Positions 53,928-63,982 of a stretch of DNA of 64,000 nucleotides are shown here, piece after piece. The translations under genes were made by a program, and so were the position numbers. Source of the DNA: Candidatus Sulfobium sp. (lineage in GTDB: Bacteria; Nitrospirota; Thermodesulfovibrionia; Thermodesulfovibrionales; UBA6898). Location: the NCBI GenBank assembly GCA_037380845.1, contig JARRRI010000013.1:10315-74314 (forward strand), read 5' to 3'. The notes beneath the pieces are model-generated. The model had not been told where the DNA came from. It worked only from the letters and a program-made list of their open reading frames with translations, and made no database searches. Position 1 is the stretch's first letter. The number at the start of each line of letters is the position of its first letter.

Positions 53928-54014
53928 ATGCCTTTCTTTGTATATATCCTGAAAAGTGAGAAAACCGGTAAGTCCTGCGTGTGTGGCATACAGATGACAC
54001 TTTCCACTAAATAA
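53928..54014 (+). pseudogene. Truncated GIY-YIG nuclease remnant
   Basis: MPFFVYILKSEKTGKS followed by a degenerate YVG and, in a shifted frame, HTDD; then a stop. Confidence 0.6.
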
Positions 54015-54079
54015 ATGCCGGGAACCCGGGCGGGGAAAAGGTACTTCCTGTAATGATAAGTTCCTGTTCGGGTAAGATG

Positions 54080-54385
54080 TTATTCCAGCTTACACAACAT
54101 GTCTTCAAGAATTTCCAGCGGCAGTTTGAGTTCCTGTCCCTCCTCGTCCGTAACGGCCCTGTAAAAATCACATTCCGTGCAGGACTGCACCTTATGGGCA
54201 AAAGTGCCCTGCATCTTTCCCTCACACCTGGTGCCGGCGATCATCCAGCAGGCCCTGCCGCCGTTTTCTCCCCCGTTGATCCCGTCGTAGATTGTCATCA
54301 ATGCGGTAGGACAAACCCCTTCCTTCTTCCGGTCGCCGCCCGGTTGTCTGCCACAGCCTTTGAACTCCCAGCAATTCTTTTTCAT
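54080..54385 (-). CDS. Two-CW domain protein
   Basis: NCWEFKGCGR...CP...NGGRACW..AGT.C...C..CDFY. Confidence 0.85.
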   Translation of the reverse strand: MKKNCWEFKGCGRQPGGDRKKEGVCPTALMTIYDGINGGENGGRACWMIAGTRCEGKMQGTFAHKVQSCTECDFYRAVTDEEGQELKLPLEILEDMLCKLE

Positions 54386-54532
54386 CAGCATTCCTCCCCG
54401 TGAAGTAACGCCTGAATTTTCATCATTATAATGTTTTGCCTCCAAAAAAGTGAATATCTTTTTCTGAAGACGGCACCTCCCTGCGGCATGGATTGCAGTC
54501 TCGGTTCCTGCTACTATAAAGGTAGGGGTTGA

Positions 54533-54949
54533 ATGAAAAGGTGGAGAAAGAAAATGAGACCGGCCGCCGTTATCTTTTCGGTAACATGCATTATTTTCGC
54601 CTTAAATGCCGGTGATGCATTTGCCGACTGCATGAGCTGCATTTCCGCGACGGGTACCAGTTATACGGAGCTTGCGTGCGACGGGGACACGGAATACGAG
54701 GTAATTCATAAGTGCGGGGCTCCCGACTACACGGAAGAAGGTGAGACAGTAACGACCGGGCAGTTCGGTTCGGAAAAGGCCGGGAAGGGGCAGAAGCAGG
54801 GCGGCTTCATTGCAACCACGGAAAAAATAAAGAGATTCTACTACAATTGTGGAGAAGGGAGGTTCGTCAAGATTCTCGTTTTCAGGAACGGCGTCCTGGT
54901 GGACATCCGGAATGGTGACAGGGGAACGGGAAATCAAAGATGCTGGTGA
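54533..54949 (+). CDS. DUF2845-like exported protein
   Basis: Signal peptide, GD..YEVI.KCG.P, YYNCG....L.F..G.L..I. Confidence 0.75.
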   Translation: MKRWRKKMRPAAVIFSVTCIIFALNAGDAFADCMSCISATGTSYTELACDGDTEYEVIHKCGAPDYTEEGETVTTGQFGSEKAGKGQKQGGFIATTEKIKRFYYNCGEGRFVKILVFRNGVLVDIRNGDRGTGNQRCW

Positions 54950-55020
54950 CGGGGCAGGCATTGGTATATCAGCAGTTAATCTGTTATAATCAAGAAATTT
55001 CGAAACACAGTGAGGTTTTC

Positions 55021-55200
55021 ATGGGATTTCTGGATAGTATAGTATCTTTTTTCAGAACAGAAGCGGAAGAGCCGATTCAGAAGGTGGGCAGAAACGAAGC
55101 CTGTTGGTGCGGAAGCGGCAAAAAATACAAGAAGTGTCATCTTGTAGAAGATGAAAAGAAGATGGCAAAAAAGTATGCATCAAACTGCGGCAGTTCCTGA
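55021..55200 (+). CDS. Small SEC-C motif protein
   Basis: GRNEACWCGSGKKYKKCH; GAGG RBS. Confidence 0.85.
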   Translation: MGFLDSIVSFFRTEAEEPIQKVGRNEACWCGSGKKYKKCHLVEDEKKMAKKYASNCGSS

Positions 55201-55392
55201 AGCAGCTCTTTCTGAGCTGAGTTCAGCTCCCTCAAAGTATCAAATGCCCTGTTCCCGCCCTGCAACCGGCCTCGCCGTCCCCGGCTGAAATCCGTCCGGG
55301 GTGCGGACCCGGCGTTCTGCCGCTATGAGGTGTGAAGGGGGCGGCTTACCTTTCTTGCTTTTAGGGCCTTTCAGACCATAAAATGTAAAGCC

Positions 55393-57261
55393 ATGGAAAT
55401 AAGAATCCTGAATGGCGCAATCGTGCAAGCCGAAGCCCGGGAAAGCATCTACGAAGCACTGAAGGGCAACGGTATATATCTGGCTGCATCCTGCGGAGGC
55501 AAAGGCGTATGCGGGAAATGCCGCGTCAGAATTCTGGAAGGGCAGTTCAGGTCGGAGTCGTCAGGGAAGCTTCGGAAAAAAGAGATCGACGAACAGTTCG
55601 TCCTTGCCTGCAAGACCTTTCCCCAGGGGAATATTTCCATCGAGATTCCCGAGGGGTCCAGGCTTATTGTCGGCGACAAGATCGCCGTTTCGAAGTCGAA
55701 GGACCTTGTGGAGTCTCTTCGGGCCTTCGGCGACGGCATCACCCCCATGGTTAAAACGGTCCACCTGGAGATCAACCCGCCGACCATAGAGGACCATGTC
55801 GGCGATCTCGATCGTCTGGCCGGTGCGCTGGATCGCAAAGGGATCTCCGGGGTGAGATTTTCTCACGGTTTTGTCAGGTCCCTGGCAGGTGCACTCAGGT
55901 CTTCCGGCTGGGATGTGGATGTGACCCTCAGCGAAGGTCTGGAAGCGGTATCGATAACCTCCGGCAGTCCGGCAAAGAGGTACGGGATAGCTGTTGACAT
56001 CGGGACCACCACCGTCGTCGTCTATCTGGTCGATTATTCCGACGGCGGTCTGGTGGACGTTGGCATGACATATAATTCGCAGATGCGTTACGGCGATGAT
56101 GTCATCACGAGGATCGTTCATGCGACCGAAGGCGGTGGACTTGCCGACCTGAGGAACGCGGTGGTGGCCGATATCAACGACCTCCTCGATCCCATTTGCG
56201 AACGTCATGGCGCCTCCAGGGAAGATATAGATTCTGTTGTCATATCGGGCAATACCACCATGGAGCAGCTTTTCTGGGGGTTTGATCCGTCATCGATAAG
56301 GGAAGAGCCCTATGTCCCCACGTTGAACTCATTCCCCCGGTGGGCGGCCGGCACGGCCGGGATAAGAGTTAACCGTCGAGCGCCCGTCCATACTCTTCCC
56401 TGTGTGGGGAGCTACGTGGGGGGAGATATTGTGTCCGGAGTCATGGCGTCTCGGATGCATACCAGCCCGGAAATCTCTCTCTTCATGGATATCGGCACCA
56501 ACGGCGAGATCGCTATCGGGAATGACGAATGGCTGATAACCGCGGCATGCTCGATGGGGCCATGTTTTGAAGGTTCCGGCATACGCCACGGCATGAGGGC
56601 CACCGAAGGAGCGATCGAATCGGTGAAGATAGACCGCGACAGTTTTGAGCCTTCCCTGGGGGTCATCGGTAACGCCGCCCCGGCCGGCATCTGCGGGTCC
56701 GGCATGATAGACGCAGTTTCGGAGCTCTTTCTGGCCGGAGTGATCGACCAGAAGGGGAAGTTCGTAACGCACGCCGGGGTTGACAGAATAAGGGTCGAGG
56801 ATGAGGGTCCGGAGTACGTTTTTCACAGAGGGGAGCTGAAAGACATTGTCCTGACAGAGGTGGACATAGAAAACATTCTGCGCGCAAAGGCGGCGCTCTA
56901 CGCCGGAGTGTCCCTGCTTCTGGGAGAGGTCGGCCTTACGCTCGATATTGTAGAAAGGGTATACGTCGCCGGAGGGTTCGGGAACTATCTGGATGTCCAC
57001 AAGGCGATCATGATCGGGATGCTGCCGGACATGCCGGAAGAGAAATTTTCCTTTATTGGAAATGCCTCAATTACGGGCGCATACCTCTGTCTGCTTTCGA
57101 AGAAGATGCGCGGAGAGGCAGAAGAAATTGCGCGCAAGATGACATATATGGAGCTTTCGGTGTCGAGAGGTTTCATGGACGAATATATGTCTGCCCTGTT
57201 CCTGCCTCACACCAACCTCGACCTGTTTCCCACCGTCAAGAGCATCTACAAGAACCTATGA
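55393..57261 (+). CDS. ASKHA/DUF4445 reductive activator of corrinoid proteins (RACo-like) with N-terminal [2Fe-2S]
   Basis: CGGKGVCGKC...LAC, DIGTTT, YVGGD, DIGTNGE, GICGSG, AGGFG. Confidence 0.92.
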   Translation: MEIRILNGAIVQAEARESIYEALKGNGIYLAASCGGKGVCGKCRVRILEGQFRSESSGKLRKKEIDEQFVLACKTFPQGNISIEIPEGSRLIVGDKIAVSKSKDLVESLRAFGDGITPMVKTVHLEINPPTIEDHVGDLDRLAGALDRKGISGVRFSHGFVRSLAGALRSSGWDVDVTLSEGLEAVSITSGSPAKRYGIAVDIGTTTVVVYLVDYSDGGLVDVGMTYNSQMRYGDDVITRIVHATEGGGLADLRNAVVADINDLLDPICERHGASREDIDSVVISGNTTMEQLFWGFDPSSIREEPYVPTLNSFPRWAAGTAGIRVNRRAPVHTLPCVGSYVGGDIVSGVMASRMHTSPEISLFMDIGTNGEIAIGNDEWLITAACSMGPCFEGSGIRHGMRATEGAIESVKIDRDSFEPSLGVIGNAAPAGICGSGMIDAVSELFLAGVIDQKGKFVTHAGVDRIRVEDEGPEYVFHRGELKDIVLTEVDIENILRAKAALYAGVSLLLGEVGLTLDIVERVYVAGGFGNYLDVHKAIMIGMLPDMPEEKFSFIGNASITGAYLCLLSKKMRGEAEEIARKMTYMELSVSRGFMDEYMSALFLPHTNLDLFPTVKSIYKNL

Positions 57262-58107
57262 CACATTGACGATCACGTTGTCGATGAGGCGAACCTCTCC
57301 CAGTCTCGCCGCAACCGCCAGCAGCACCTCGTCTTTCACCTCATCAGTTTCTTCGAGCGTAGCCGGGTCATACAGCGAGGCATAATCGATCTGCGTGACC
57401 AGAGGTTCTCCCGACAGTATCCTTTCCATGAGTCCCCTGATTTCTTTTGCCGACCTTTGACCCGCGTTTATGGAATCCGAAGCGGCCGTCAGAGACCTGT
57501 ACAGAACAGCCGCGGCTTTTCTCCGCTCATCGTCCAGGTAAAGGTTTCGGGAGCTCATAGCCAGGCCGTCATGTTCTCTTACCGTGGGACAGACCACTAC
57601 CTCAACATCGAAATTGAGGTCTTTTACCATTCTCCCGATTATTACCGTCTGCTGGAAGTCCTTCTGTCCGAAGTAGACCCTGGCAGGGTTCGCAATGTTC
57701 AGCAGCTTGGCCACGACGGTGCTTACACCCCTGAAATGTCCCGGCCTTTGTCCGCCGCACAGCCTCCGGGACGTCCCCTCCACTTCCACGCAAGTCGAAA
57801 AATGCGGGGGATACATGAGGGAACTGTCCGGGACAAAAGCTGTATCCACCTCAGCCTCCCGCAGTTTCTTTATGTCCTCTTCCGTGTTCCTGGGATACTC
57901 GTGAAGGTCTTCGGCAGGACCGAACTGAATCGGGTTTACAAATATGCTTACCACGGTAATGTCGTTTTCCGTTTTTGCCCTTCTCACCAGACTCATGTGA
58001 CCCTCGTGCAGTGCACCCATTGTAGGGACGAACCCTATCGATCTCCCCTTCAGGAGATGCTTCCTGCACGTCTCCTGAGCGATGCGGGGTATCCGGATTA
58101 TCTCCAT
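57256..58107 (-). CDS. panC: Pantoate--beta-alanine ligase
   Basis: PTMGALHEGH, FVNPIQF, FGQKD, AMSSRN, RLIDN. Confidence 0.97.
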   Translation of the reverse strand: MEIIRIPRIAQETCRKHLLKGRSIGFVPTMGALHEGHMSLVRRAKTENDITVVSIFVNPIQFGPAEDLHEYPRNTEEDIKKLREAEVDTAFVPDSSLMYPPHFSTCVEVEGTSRRLCGGQRPGHFRGVSTVVAKLLNIANPARVYFGQKDFQQTVIIGRMVKDLNFDVEVVVCPTVREHDGLAMSSRNLYLDDERRKAAAVLYRSLTAASDSINAGQRSAKEIRGLMERILSGEPLVTQIDYASLYDPATLEETDEVKDEVLLAVAARLGEVRLIDNVIVNVS

Positions 58108-58283
58108 TTTGATCTTTACCTTGATGTCTGTCGGTTCATCGCGCTGTTATTGACGCGACAATACGTCCGGTCTATCCAATTGCCAGAGTAATAATATGCT
58201 GCACCCGGATATACTCCTTTTATTCCCCTTGATAAAGTGGGTCGAAGAAGGGGGTTGCGACCTCCCTTGCCGGCCGCCGATGA

Positions 58284-58700
58284 TCACTTCTTTTGAAGCG
58301 GATATCCTTCTTTCAGCCACCGGTTCCAGCCGCCCTTCAGGACCGCCACCTGTTCTTTCCCGAACCCCAGGTCCGTAAGCTCCCGTGCCACACGGGCACT
58401 GGTTCGTTCGTCCGGTCAGGCACAGTACAGCACTATGAGCCTGTCTTTCCGGTACTTGCCCGCCCATGACGAAACATCGTCGGGATTTTCACGCACCGCT
58501 CCCCTGATCTTGACGTCGCTTTCATTCCATTCCTTGTCTCTTCTGACATCGATAACCACAACCCCGGTCCTGCTCAGCATCGACTTCAGTTCCGACGGCT
58601 GTAATACCTGGACCTTTGTAAACGCACACCCGTAAAAAAGGATTGGAAGCAGAAAAAGGCTTATCATCGGCGCAACAGTTTTCTTCGATAGTTGTCTCAT
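58284..58700 (-). CDS. Rhodanese-related selenoprotein, putative lipoprotein (Sec at TGA 58418-58416; CxU)
   Basis: IDVR, IRGA, VLYCA-U-PDERTSARVA...VLKGGWNRW...GYP completes the rhodanese fold; hairpin GTGCC-CGTGT-GGCAC 16 nt after the UGA. Confidence 0.88.
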
Positions 58701-58725
58701 TGTTCTCCCCGGCGACCTTTTGTCT

Positions 58726-59799
58726 TCAACAGGCTTTCCAGTCAGCGGACCAGACGCCGATCTCCTCCATCAGAGTATCAAAAAGCTCTTCTTCCCTGAC
58801 TGTCCTGACCACTCTCCCCTTTTTGAACAGGAGTCCCGAGCCCTTGCCGCCCGCTATCCCTATATCTGCTTCTCTGGCTTCACCGGGACCATTTACCACG
58901 CATCCCATGACGGCGACGGTTACGGGCTTCTGGAAACCCCTCAGACGGCCCTCCACTTTTGAAGCCAGTCCACGGATATCGATCTGGCATCTACCGCAGG
59001 TCGGGCAGGAAACAATGCGGGCTCCTTTTTCTCTCAGATTCAGCGCTTTCAGAATTTCGTACGCCACCCTGACTTCTTCTGCCGGCCCGGCCGACAGGGA
59101 GACCCTTACCGTGTCACCTATACCTTCGGACAGTAGTATTGCCAGTCCGGCCGAACTCTTGATTATACCGGTAAAAGGCGGGCCCGCCTCCGAAATTCCG
59201 ACATGCAGAGGATATCTGAACCTCTTCGAGAAAAGTCTGTACGCATCCACCGAGGTCGGCACGCCGGAGGCCTTGACTGATACCTTTATGTTATGGAAAT
59301 TCAGGGACTCCAGTATCGATATGTGGTCAGCGGCGCTCTCGACGAGGGCCTCAGCGCAGGGATGGCCGTACTTACGCAGCAGTTTGTTGTCTATCGAGCC
59401 CGCGTTGACGCCTACCCGGATCGGGACGTTCTCCCCGGCCGCCGCCGCCACTACCTCGGCGACCTTCCAGCGGGCGCCTATGTTGCCGGGGTTCAGTCTC
59501 AGGCCGTCCACTCCCTGTCTCACCGCTTCCAGCGCAAGCCTCCAATCGAAATGTATGTCTGCTATAACGGGAATGGGCGAAGCCGGCTTGATCCTGCCCA
59601 GCGCCTCCGCCGCCTGCCGGTCGGGTACCGCCACGCGGATGATCTCGCAGCCGGCCCTGGCGAGGGCACGTATCTGCCTTACCGTCGACCGGACATCACG
59701 CGTATCCGTCTTGGTCATAGACTGAACAGTGACGGGACTGCCGCCTCCCACCGGCACATTGCCCACATGGATTTTTTTCGTTTTCTTACGACGGGCCAT
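58726..59799 (-). CDS. ispG: 4-hydroxy-3-methylbut-2-en-1-yl diphosphate synthase
   Basis: VQSMT, ADIHF, NPGNIG, CPTCGR, MGCVVNGPGEA. Confidence 0.97.
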   Translation of the reverse strand: MARRKKTKKIHVGNVPVGGGSPVTVQSMTKTDTRDVRSTVRQIRALARAGCEIIRVAVPDRQAAEALGRIKPASPIPVIADIHFDWRLALEAVRQGVDGLRLNPGNIGARWKVAEVVAAAAGENVPIRVGVNAGSIDNKLLRKYGHPCAEALVESAADHISILESLNFHNIKVSVKASGVPTSVDAYRLFSKRFRYPLHVGISEAGPPFTGIIKSSAGLAILLSEGIGDTVRVSLSAGPAEEVRVAYEILKALNLREKGARIVSCPTCGRCQIDIRGLASKVEGRLRGFQKPVTVAVMGCVVNGPGEAREADIGIAGGKGSGLLFKKGRVVRTVREEELFDTLMEEIGVWSADWKAC

Positions 59800-60820
59800 G
59801 GGCAGCGACATCCTCCTTCTCACTGTTTCTCATTTCCTGTCTTCTCTCGCGGTACAACTTTACCGCATTCTGGTGCTCGGCCAGAGTGGTCGAAAACTGG
59901 TGGACCCTATCGTCCCTCGACACGAAATAGAGGTAGGGGACATCGGCCGGATAAAGTGCGGCCCGGATGGATTTCATGCCCGGTGAGGCGATAGGCCCCG
60001 GGGGCAGGCCTTTTATGAAATAAGTATTATACGCCGTTTTTCTGTGCAGGTCGCTCAGGGTGATTCTTTCCCCGGGGCCCTTGACCCCGTAAACTGCGGT
60101 GGGGTCCGCCTGCAGAGGCATCTTCTTCCTGAGTCGGTTGTGGTAAACCGCTGAAATCAGCGGCCTTTCGGAATCAATCACCGCTTCCTTCTCGATAATC
60201 GAGGCGAGGGTGAGGACTTCATTCTCGGACATCCCTATCTGCGCGGCCCTGGCGGTCAGTTCGCCCGAAAACTTTTCCTGCATCCTGTCGATCATGAGCC
60301 CTACCGCGTCTTCCAGGGGAACGCCTTTCGGGATCCGGTAGGTGTCGGGGAAGATGTACCCTTCGATGCTGGGCGCATCGATATTGTAGGCGGCCAGGAA
60401 ATCGGGATCATAAGCGAGCCTCATGAAGTCGTCCCTGGTCGCAATGCCGGCCTTCGCAAAGGCATCACCTATTTCAGGCAGGGAATCTCCTTCCACAACC
60501 CTTATTTCATATTCGATTATCTGTCCCTTGCTTAGCGTCTCCAGTATGTCGAAGGGGCTCATATTGTCCCATATGGAATAGTATCCGGCCCTTATTTTGC
60601 GGTCCACCCCGGCCGCCCTCCCCCAGGCCGTGAAGATCTTCTTGTCCCTGATGAGCCTTGCGTCGGCCAGGATGTCCACCGCCTGCCTGAATGTCGCGCC
60701 TTCGGGAATCTCTATCTCGGTGTTCTTGACAGTCTGGGCAGGCACAAACATCTCAAGGGAGGAATAGACGCCGGCCAGCAGGATAACTGCTGCAGAGATG
60801 ATCAGGATGTTTTTGTTCAT
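59786..60820 (-). CDS. mltG: Endolytic transglycosylase MltG
   Basis: EGYIFPDTY, LASIIEKE, LQADPT, GLPPGPI. Confidence 0.95.
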   Translation of the reverse strand: MNKNILIISAAVILLAGVYSSLEMFVPAQTVKNTEIEIPEGATFRQAVDILADARLIRDKKIFTAWGRAAGVDRKIRAGYYSIWDNMSPFDILETLSKGQIIEYEIRVVEGDSLPEIGDAFAKAGIATRDDFMRLAYDPDFLAAYNIDAPSIEGYIFPDTYRIPKGVPLEDAVGLMIDRMQEKFSGELTARAAQIGMSENEVLTLASIIEKEAVIDSERPLISAVYHNRLRKKMPLQADPTAVYGVKGPGERITLSDLHRKTAYNTYFIKGLPPGPIASPGMKSIRAALYPADVPYLYFVSRDDRVHQFSTTLAEHQNAVKLYRERRQEMRNSEKEDVAAHGPS

Positions 60821-60961
60821 ATGTTTAGGATGACAGATGGGGGTAAAAATGTAAAGAAAACGCCCCCGAAACGGGGGGATCCGGAGTAAGAAGCAGAGAG
60901 AATCAGAGGGTCAGGGATGAGAAGAGCACCTTCTCATCCCCGGCTCCTCAAGTTTGCATTT

Positions 60962-62596
60962 TTAGTACATCCCGCCCATTCCGCCTCCGGGAGGCATGGC
61001 AGGCGCTTCGGGTTTTTCTTCAGGGAGTTCTGTAATCATCACCGAGGTAGTGAGCATGAGGGACGCGACAGAGGACGCATTCTGCAAAGCGTACCTTGTC
61101 ACTTTTGTCGGGTCGATAATCCCCGACTTAAGCATATCCACATACTGCTCACTGGCGGCGTCGAAACCGTAGTTTGCATCTTTTGAGGCCTTTACTTTCT
61201 CGACGATCACGGAACCTTCAAGTCCGGTGTTGTTCACTATCTGGCGGATCGGCTCCTCCAGCGCCCTCTTGATGATGTCCACTCCCACGTTCTGGTCGTG
61301 GTTTTCCAGTTTCAGATTGTTGAGCGCCGCGACGCACCTCAGGAGCGCAACGCCTCCTCCGGGGACTACGCCTTCTTCCACGGCCGCCCGTGTCGCATGC
61401 AGCGCGTCTTCGACCCTGGCCTTCTTCTCCTTCATTTCGGTCTCGGTCGCTGCTCCCACGTTTATGACGGCAACGCCGCCCACGATCTTGGCGAGGCGTT
61501 CCTGCAATTTTTCCCGATCGTAATCGGATGTCGTCTCGTCTATCTGGGCCTTGATCTGCTTGACCCTGCCCTGTATCTTTGCCGCTTCGCCGGCGCCTTC
61601 GACGATCGTGGTGTTCTCCTTATCGACCGTTATTTTCTTGGCCCTGCCGAGGTCGTCTAACTTGATGCTCTCGAGCTTGATCCCGAGGTCTTCGGATATC
61701 GCGGTGCCGCCGGTGAGGATGGCTATGTCCTCGAGCATCGCCTTACGCCTTTCTCCGAACCCCGGGGCCTTCACGGCGCAGACCTGCAGCGTGCCCCTCA
61801 GCTTGTTGACCACCAGTGTCGCGAGCGCCTCGCCTTCGACCTCTTCAGCAATGATCAGAAGCGGTTTGCCCATCTTGGCGGTCTGTTCGAGAATGGGCAG
61901 AAGGTCCTTCATCGCGGATATCTTCTTTTCATGGATCAGGATGAAGGCGTCTTCCAGGTTGCATTCCATCCTGTCGGGGTCGGTCACGAAGTATGGAGAG
62001 GTATATCCCCTGTCGAACTGCATGCCTTCCACTACGTCCAGAGATGTGGCCATGCTCTTGGCTTCTTCCACGGTGATAACGCCGTCTTTCCCGACCTTGT
62101 CCATCGCGTCTGCGATCAGTTCCCCGATTGTCGCATCGTTATTAGCCGAGATGGTGCCCACCTGGGCGATCTCTTTCTTGTCCTGCACGTTTTTGCTGAT
62201 CTTCTTGAGTTCCTCCACGATGCGGTCCACCGCCTTTTCGACCCCTCTTTTGATGTCCATGGGGTTTGATCCGGCTACGACATGCTTTATGCCGCCGCCG
62301 TATATGGCGTGGGCCAATACTGTTGCCGTTGTCGTGCCGTCGCCGGCGACATCGGAGGTTTTGCTCGCCACCTCCCTTACGAGCTGCGCCCCCATGTTTT
62401 CATAAGGGTCTTTCAACTCAATCTCTTTTGCGACGGTTACACCGTCTTTCGTAATAGTGGGAGCACCGTACTTCTTGTCGATGATAACATTCTTGCCCTT
62501 GGGGCCCAGGGTGGCCTTGACCGCGTCGGTCAGAAGGCCCACGCCCCTGAGTATCGAGCTTCTTGCCTCTTCGTTAAAGAGAAGCTGTTTTGCCAT
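60962..62596 (-). CDS. groL: Chaperonin GroEL
   Basis: [24 protein letters not shown] tail. Confidence 0.99.
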   Translation of the reverse strand: MAKQLLFNEEARSSILRGVGLLTDAVKATLGPKGKNVIIDKKYGAPTITKDGVTVAKEIELKDPYENMGAQLVREVASKTSDVAGDGTTTATVLAHAIYGGGIKHVVAGSNPMDIKRGVEKAVDRIVEELKKISKNVQDKKEIAQVGTISANNDATIGELIADAMDKVGKDGVITVEEAKSMATSLDVVEGMQFDRGYTSPYFVTDPDRMECNLEDAFILIHEKKISAMKDLLPILEQTAKMGKPLLIIAEEVEGEALATLVVNKLRGTLQVCAVKAPGFGERRKAMLEDIAILTGGTAISEDLGIKLESIKLDDLGRAKKITVDKENTTIVEGAGEAAKIQGRVKQIKAQIDETTSDYDREKLQERLAKIVGGVAVINVGAATETEMKEKKARVEDALHATRAAVEEGVVPGGGVALLRCVAALNNLKLENHDQNVGVDIIKRALEEPIRQIVNNTGLEGSVIVEKVKASKDANYGFDAASEQYVDMLKSGIIDPTKVTRYALQNASSVASLMLTTSVMITELPEEKPEAPAMPPGGGMGGMY

Positions 62597-62632
62597 GTTG
62601 ATCTTCCTCCTTTATTTTTTGAAAATAGCGGA

Positions 62633-62896
62633 CTATCCTTCGACAATGCCCAGGATGTCTTCTTCCTTTATGATCAGGTACTCATTATTATCGATGTTGA
62701 CCTTCGAGCCGGAATATTTGTCAAACAGGATCGTATTGCCCACCTTGACATCCTTTACTTCCGACCCGACCGCCTCTACAACTCCTTTCTGTGGTTTCTC
62801 CTTTGCTGATTCGGGGATGAAGATCCCGCCGGCCGTTTTTTCGGCCTCATCCGAATACTTCACGAATACTCTGTCCTTAAGTGGCTTGAACTTCAT
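62633..62896 (-). CDS. groS: Co-chaperonin GroES
   Basis: MKFKPLKDRV, KTAGGIFIP, KEKPQ; AAGGAG RBS. Confidence 0.98.
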   Translation of the reverse strand: MKFKPLKDRVFVKYSDEAEKTAGGIFIPESAKEKPQKGVVEAVGSEVKDVKVGNTILFDKYSGSKVNIDNNEYLIIKEEDILGIVEG

Positions 62897-62939
62897 GGTT
62901 CTTTCTCCTTTCTGAGCGTAGTATTGAATATCTGGGTTA

Positions 62940-62966
62940 TTAGCACTCACCAGCAGTGAGTGCTAA
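62940..62966. promoter_or_regulatory. CIRCE element (HrcA operator)
   Basis: Perfect TTAGCACTC-N9-GAGTGCTAA upstream of groES. Confidence 0.97.
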
Positions 62967-63073
62967 TATACAAAGAAAACGACGCATAAGGCAAGGTCTT
63001 ATTAAGAAGGAAAAATCCTGAAAAGGTGAAGTTTCTCTTTTTTTCTATTAAAATCAGGAATTTTCAATGAAAA

Positions 63074-63982
63074 TCAGGCAAGAGAATCTTTCTTTGCCGC
63101 AAGGAAATTTTCTATCGCCTCGGTGAAAAAATCGCCGACGGCTCTGGTCTCCGGAGAGACCCTGTTTTCGTAAAGTTTCTTGCCTTCCTTGAGCTCAGCA
63201 GCGAACACCGTGTAGAAATTGTCGTTCCTCACGGAATCCTCCAGCTTGGTCGTGTTGTACAGGTAGATGTCGTTTATTATGGTCCTTGCCAGCCTCCTGG
63301 CCTTCTCCACTTTATCGTCGGATGGCGTCCCGCCCGCCGGAGCGACCGCTTCTCCGGCCGCCGGTCCGAATTGTGTTTCCCGGGGCTGCTGCTCCGCCGG
63401 CCGAAGCGGGGCTTCTTTTGCGGGTCCTCCTCCTGCCGGCTGGTGCCCGCGCAGTCTCACTGTCTTGTCGAAAAGCTGCCCGGACAGTTGGTGTTCCTCT
63501 ATATAGTCATCCGCCCCGTAAAGTGACACGGGTTCACGTTTGTATTTTTTCTTGTCGTATATGGAGGCGATCAGTATGAACTTCATGTCCTTCGTTTCGG
63601 GCCTGGATTTCAGTCTTTTACATACCTCAAAGCCGTATATCTTGGGAAGGGCGACTTCCATTATGATGAGAAAAGGATATTCCCTGAGGGCCTTGACGAC
63701 CGCGTCGATTCCGTCCGATGTCGTTATGATCTCACAGCCCAGGGGAGAAAGAATGGAAGTAATGCTGTTGATCATTTCGGGGTTTGAATGGGCAACGAGA
63801 ATCTTGCCGGTGTCGAGGTTTTTTCCGGGCCGGACCGCCGGCTTCCTGACGATCAGCACCGCACCGCACTTCGGACATCTGAACCTCGAACCGGAAGGCG
63901 AAAGTCTTGTCTCGTCCACTTTCAGCTTTGCCCGGCATTTAGGACATAATACTACCACCTGCGAATCCTCCTTGGCAGCCAC
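63074..63982 (-). CDS. Zinc-ribbon (MJ0042-type) plus atypical response-regulator receiver protein
   Basis: CPKC...CPKC, receiver fold with LP..YGFEVCKRLK and GADDYI, C-terminal ARRLARTII domain. Confidence 0.85.
   Translation of the reverse strand: MAAKEDSQVVVLCPKCRAKLKVDETRLSPSGSRFRCPKCGAVLIVRKPAVRPGKNLDTGKILVAHSNPEMINSITSILSPLGCEIITTSDGIDAVVKALREYPFLIIMEVALPKIYGFEVCKRLKSRPETKDMKFILIASIYDKKKYKREPVSLYGADDYIEEHQLSGQLFDKTVRLRGHQPAGGGPAKEAPLRPAEQQPRETQFGPAAGEAVAPAGGTPSDDKVEKARRLARTIINDIYLYNTTKLEDSVRNDNFYTVFAAELKEGKKLYENRVSPETRAVGDFFTEAIENFLAAKKDSLA

Noticed and set aside
58643..59725. 360-aa plus-strand ORF
   Set aside because: Antisense shadow of ispG
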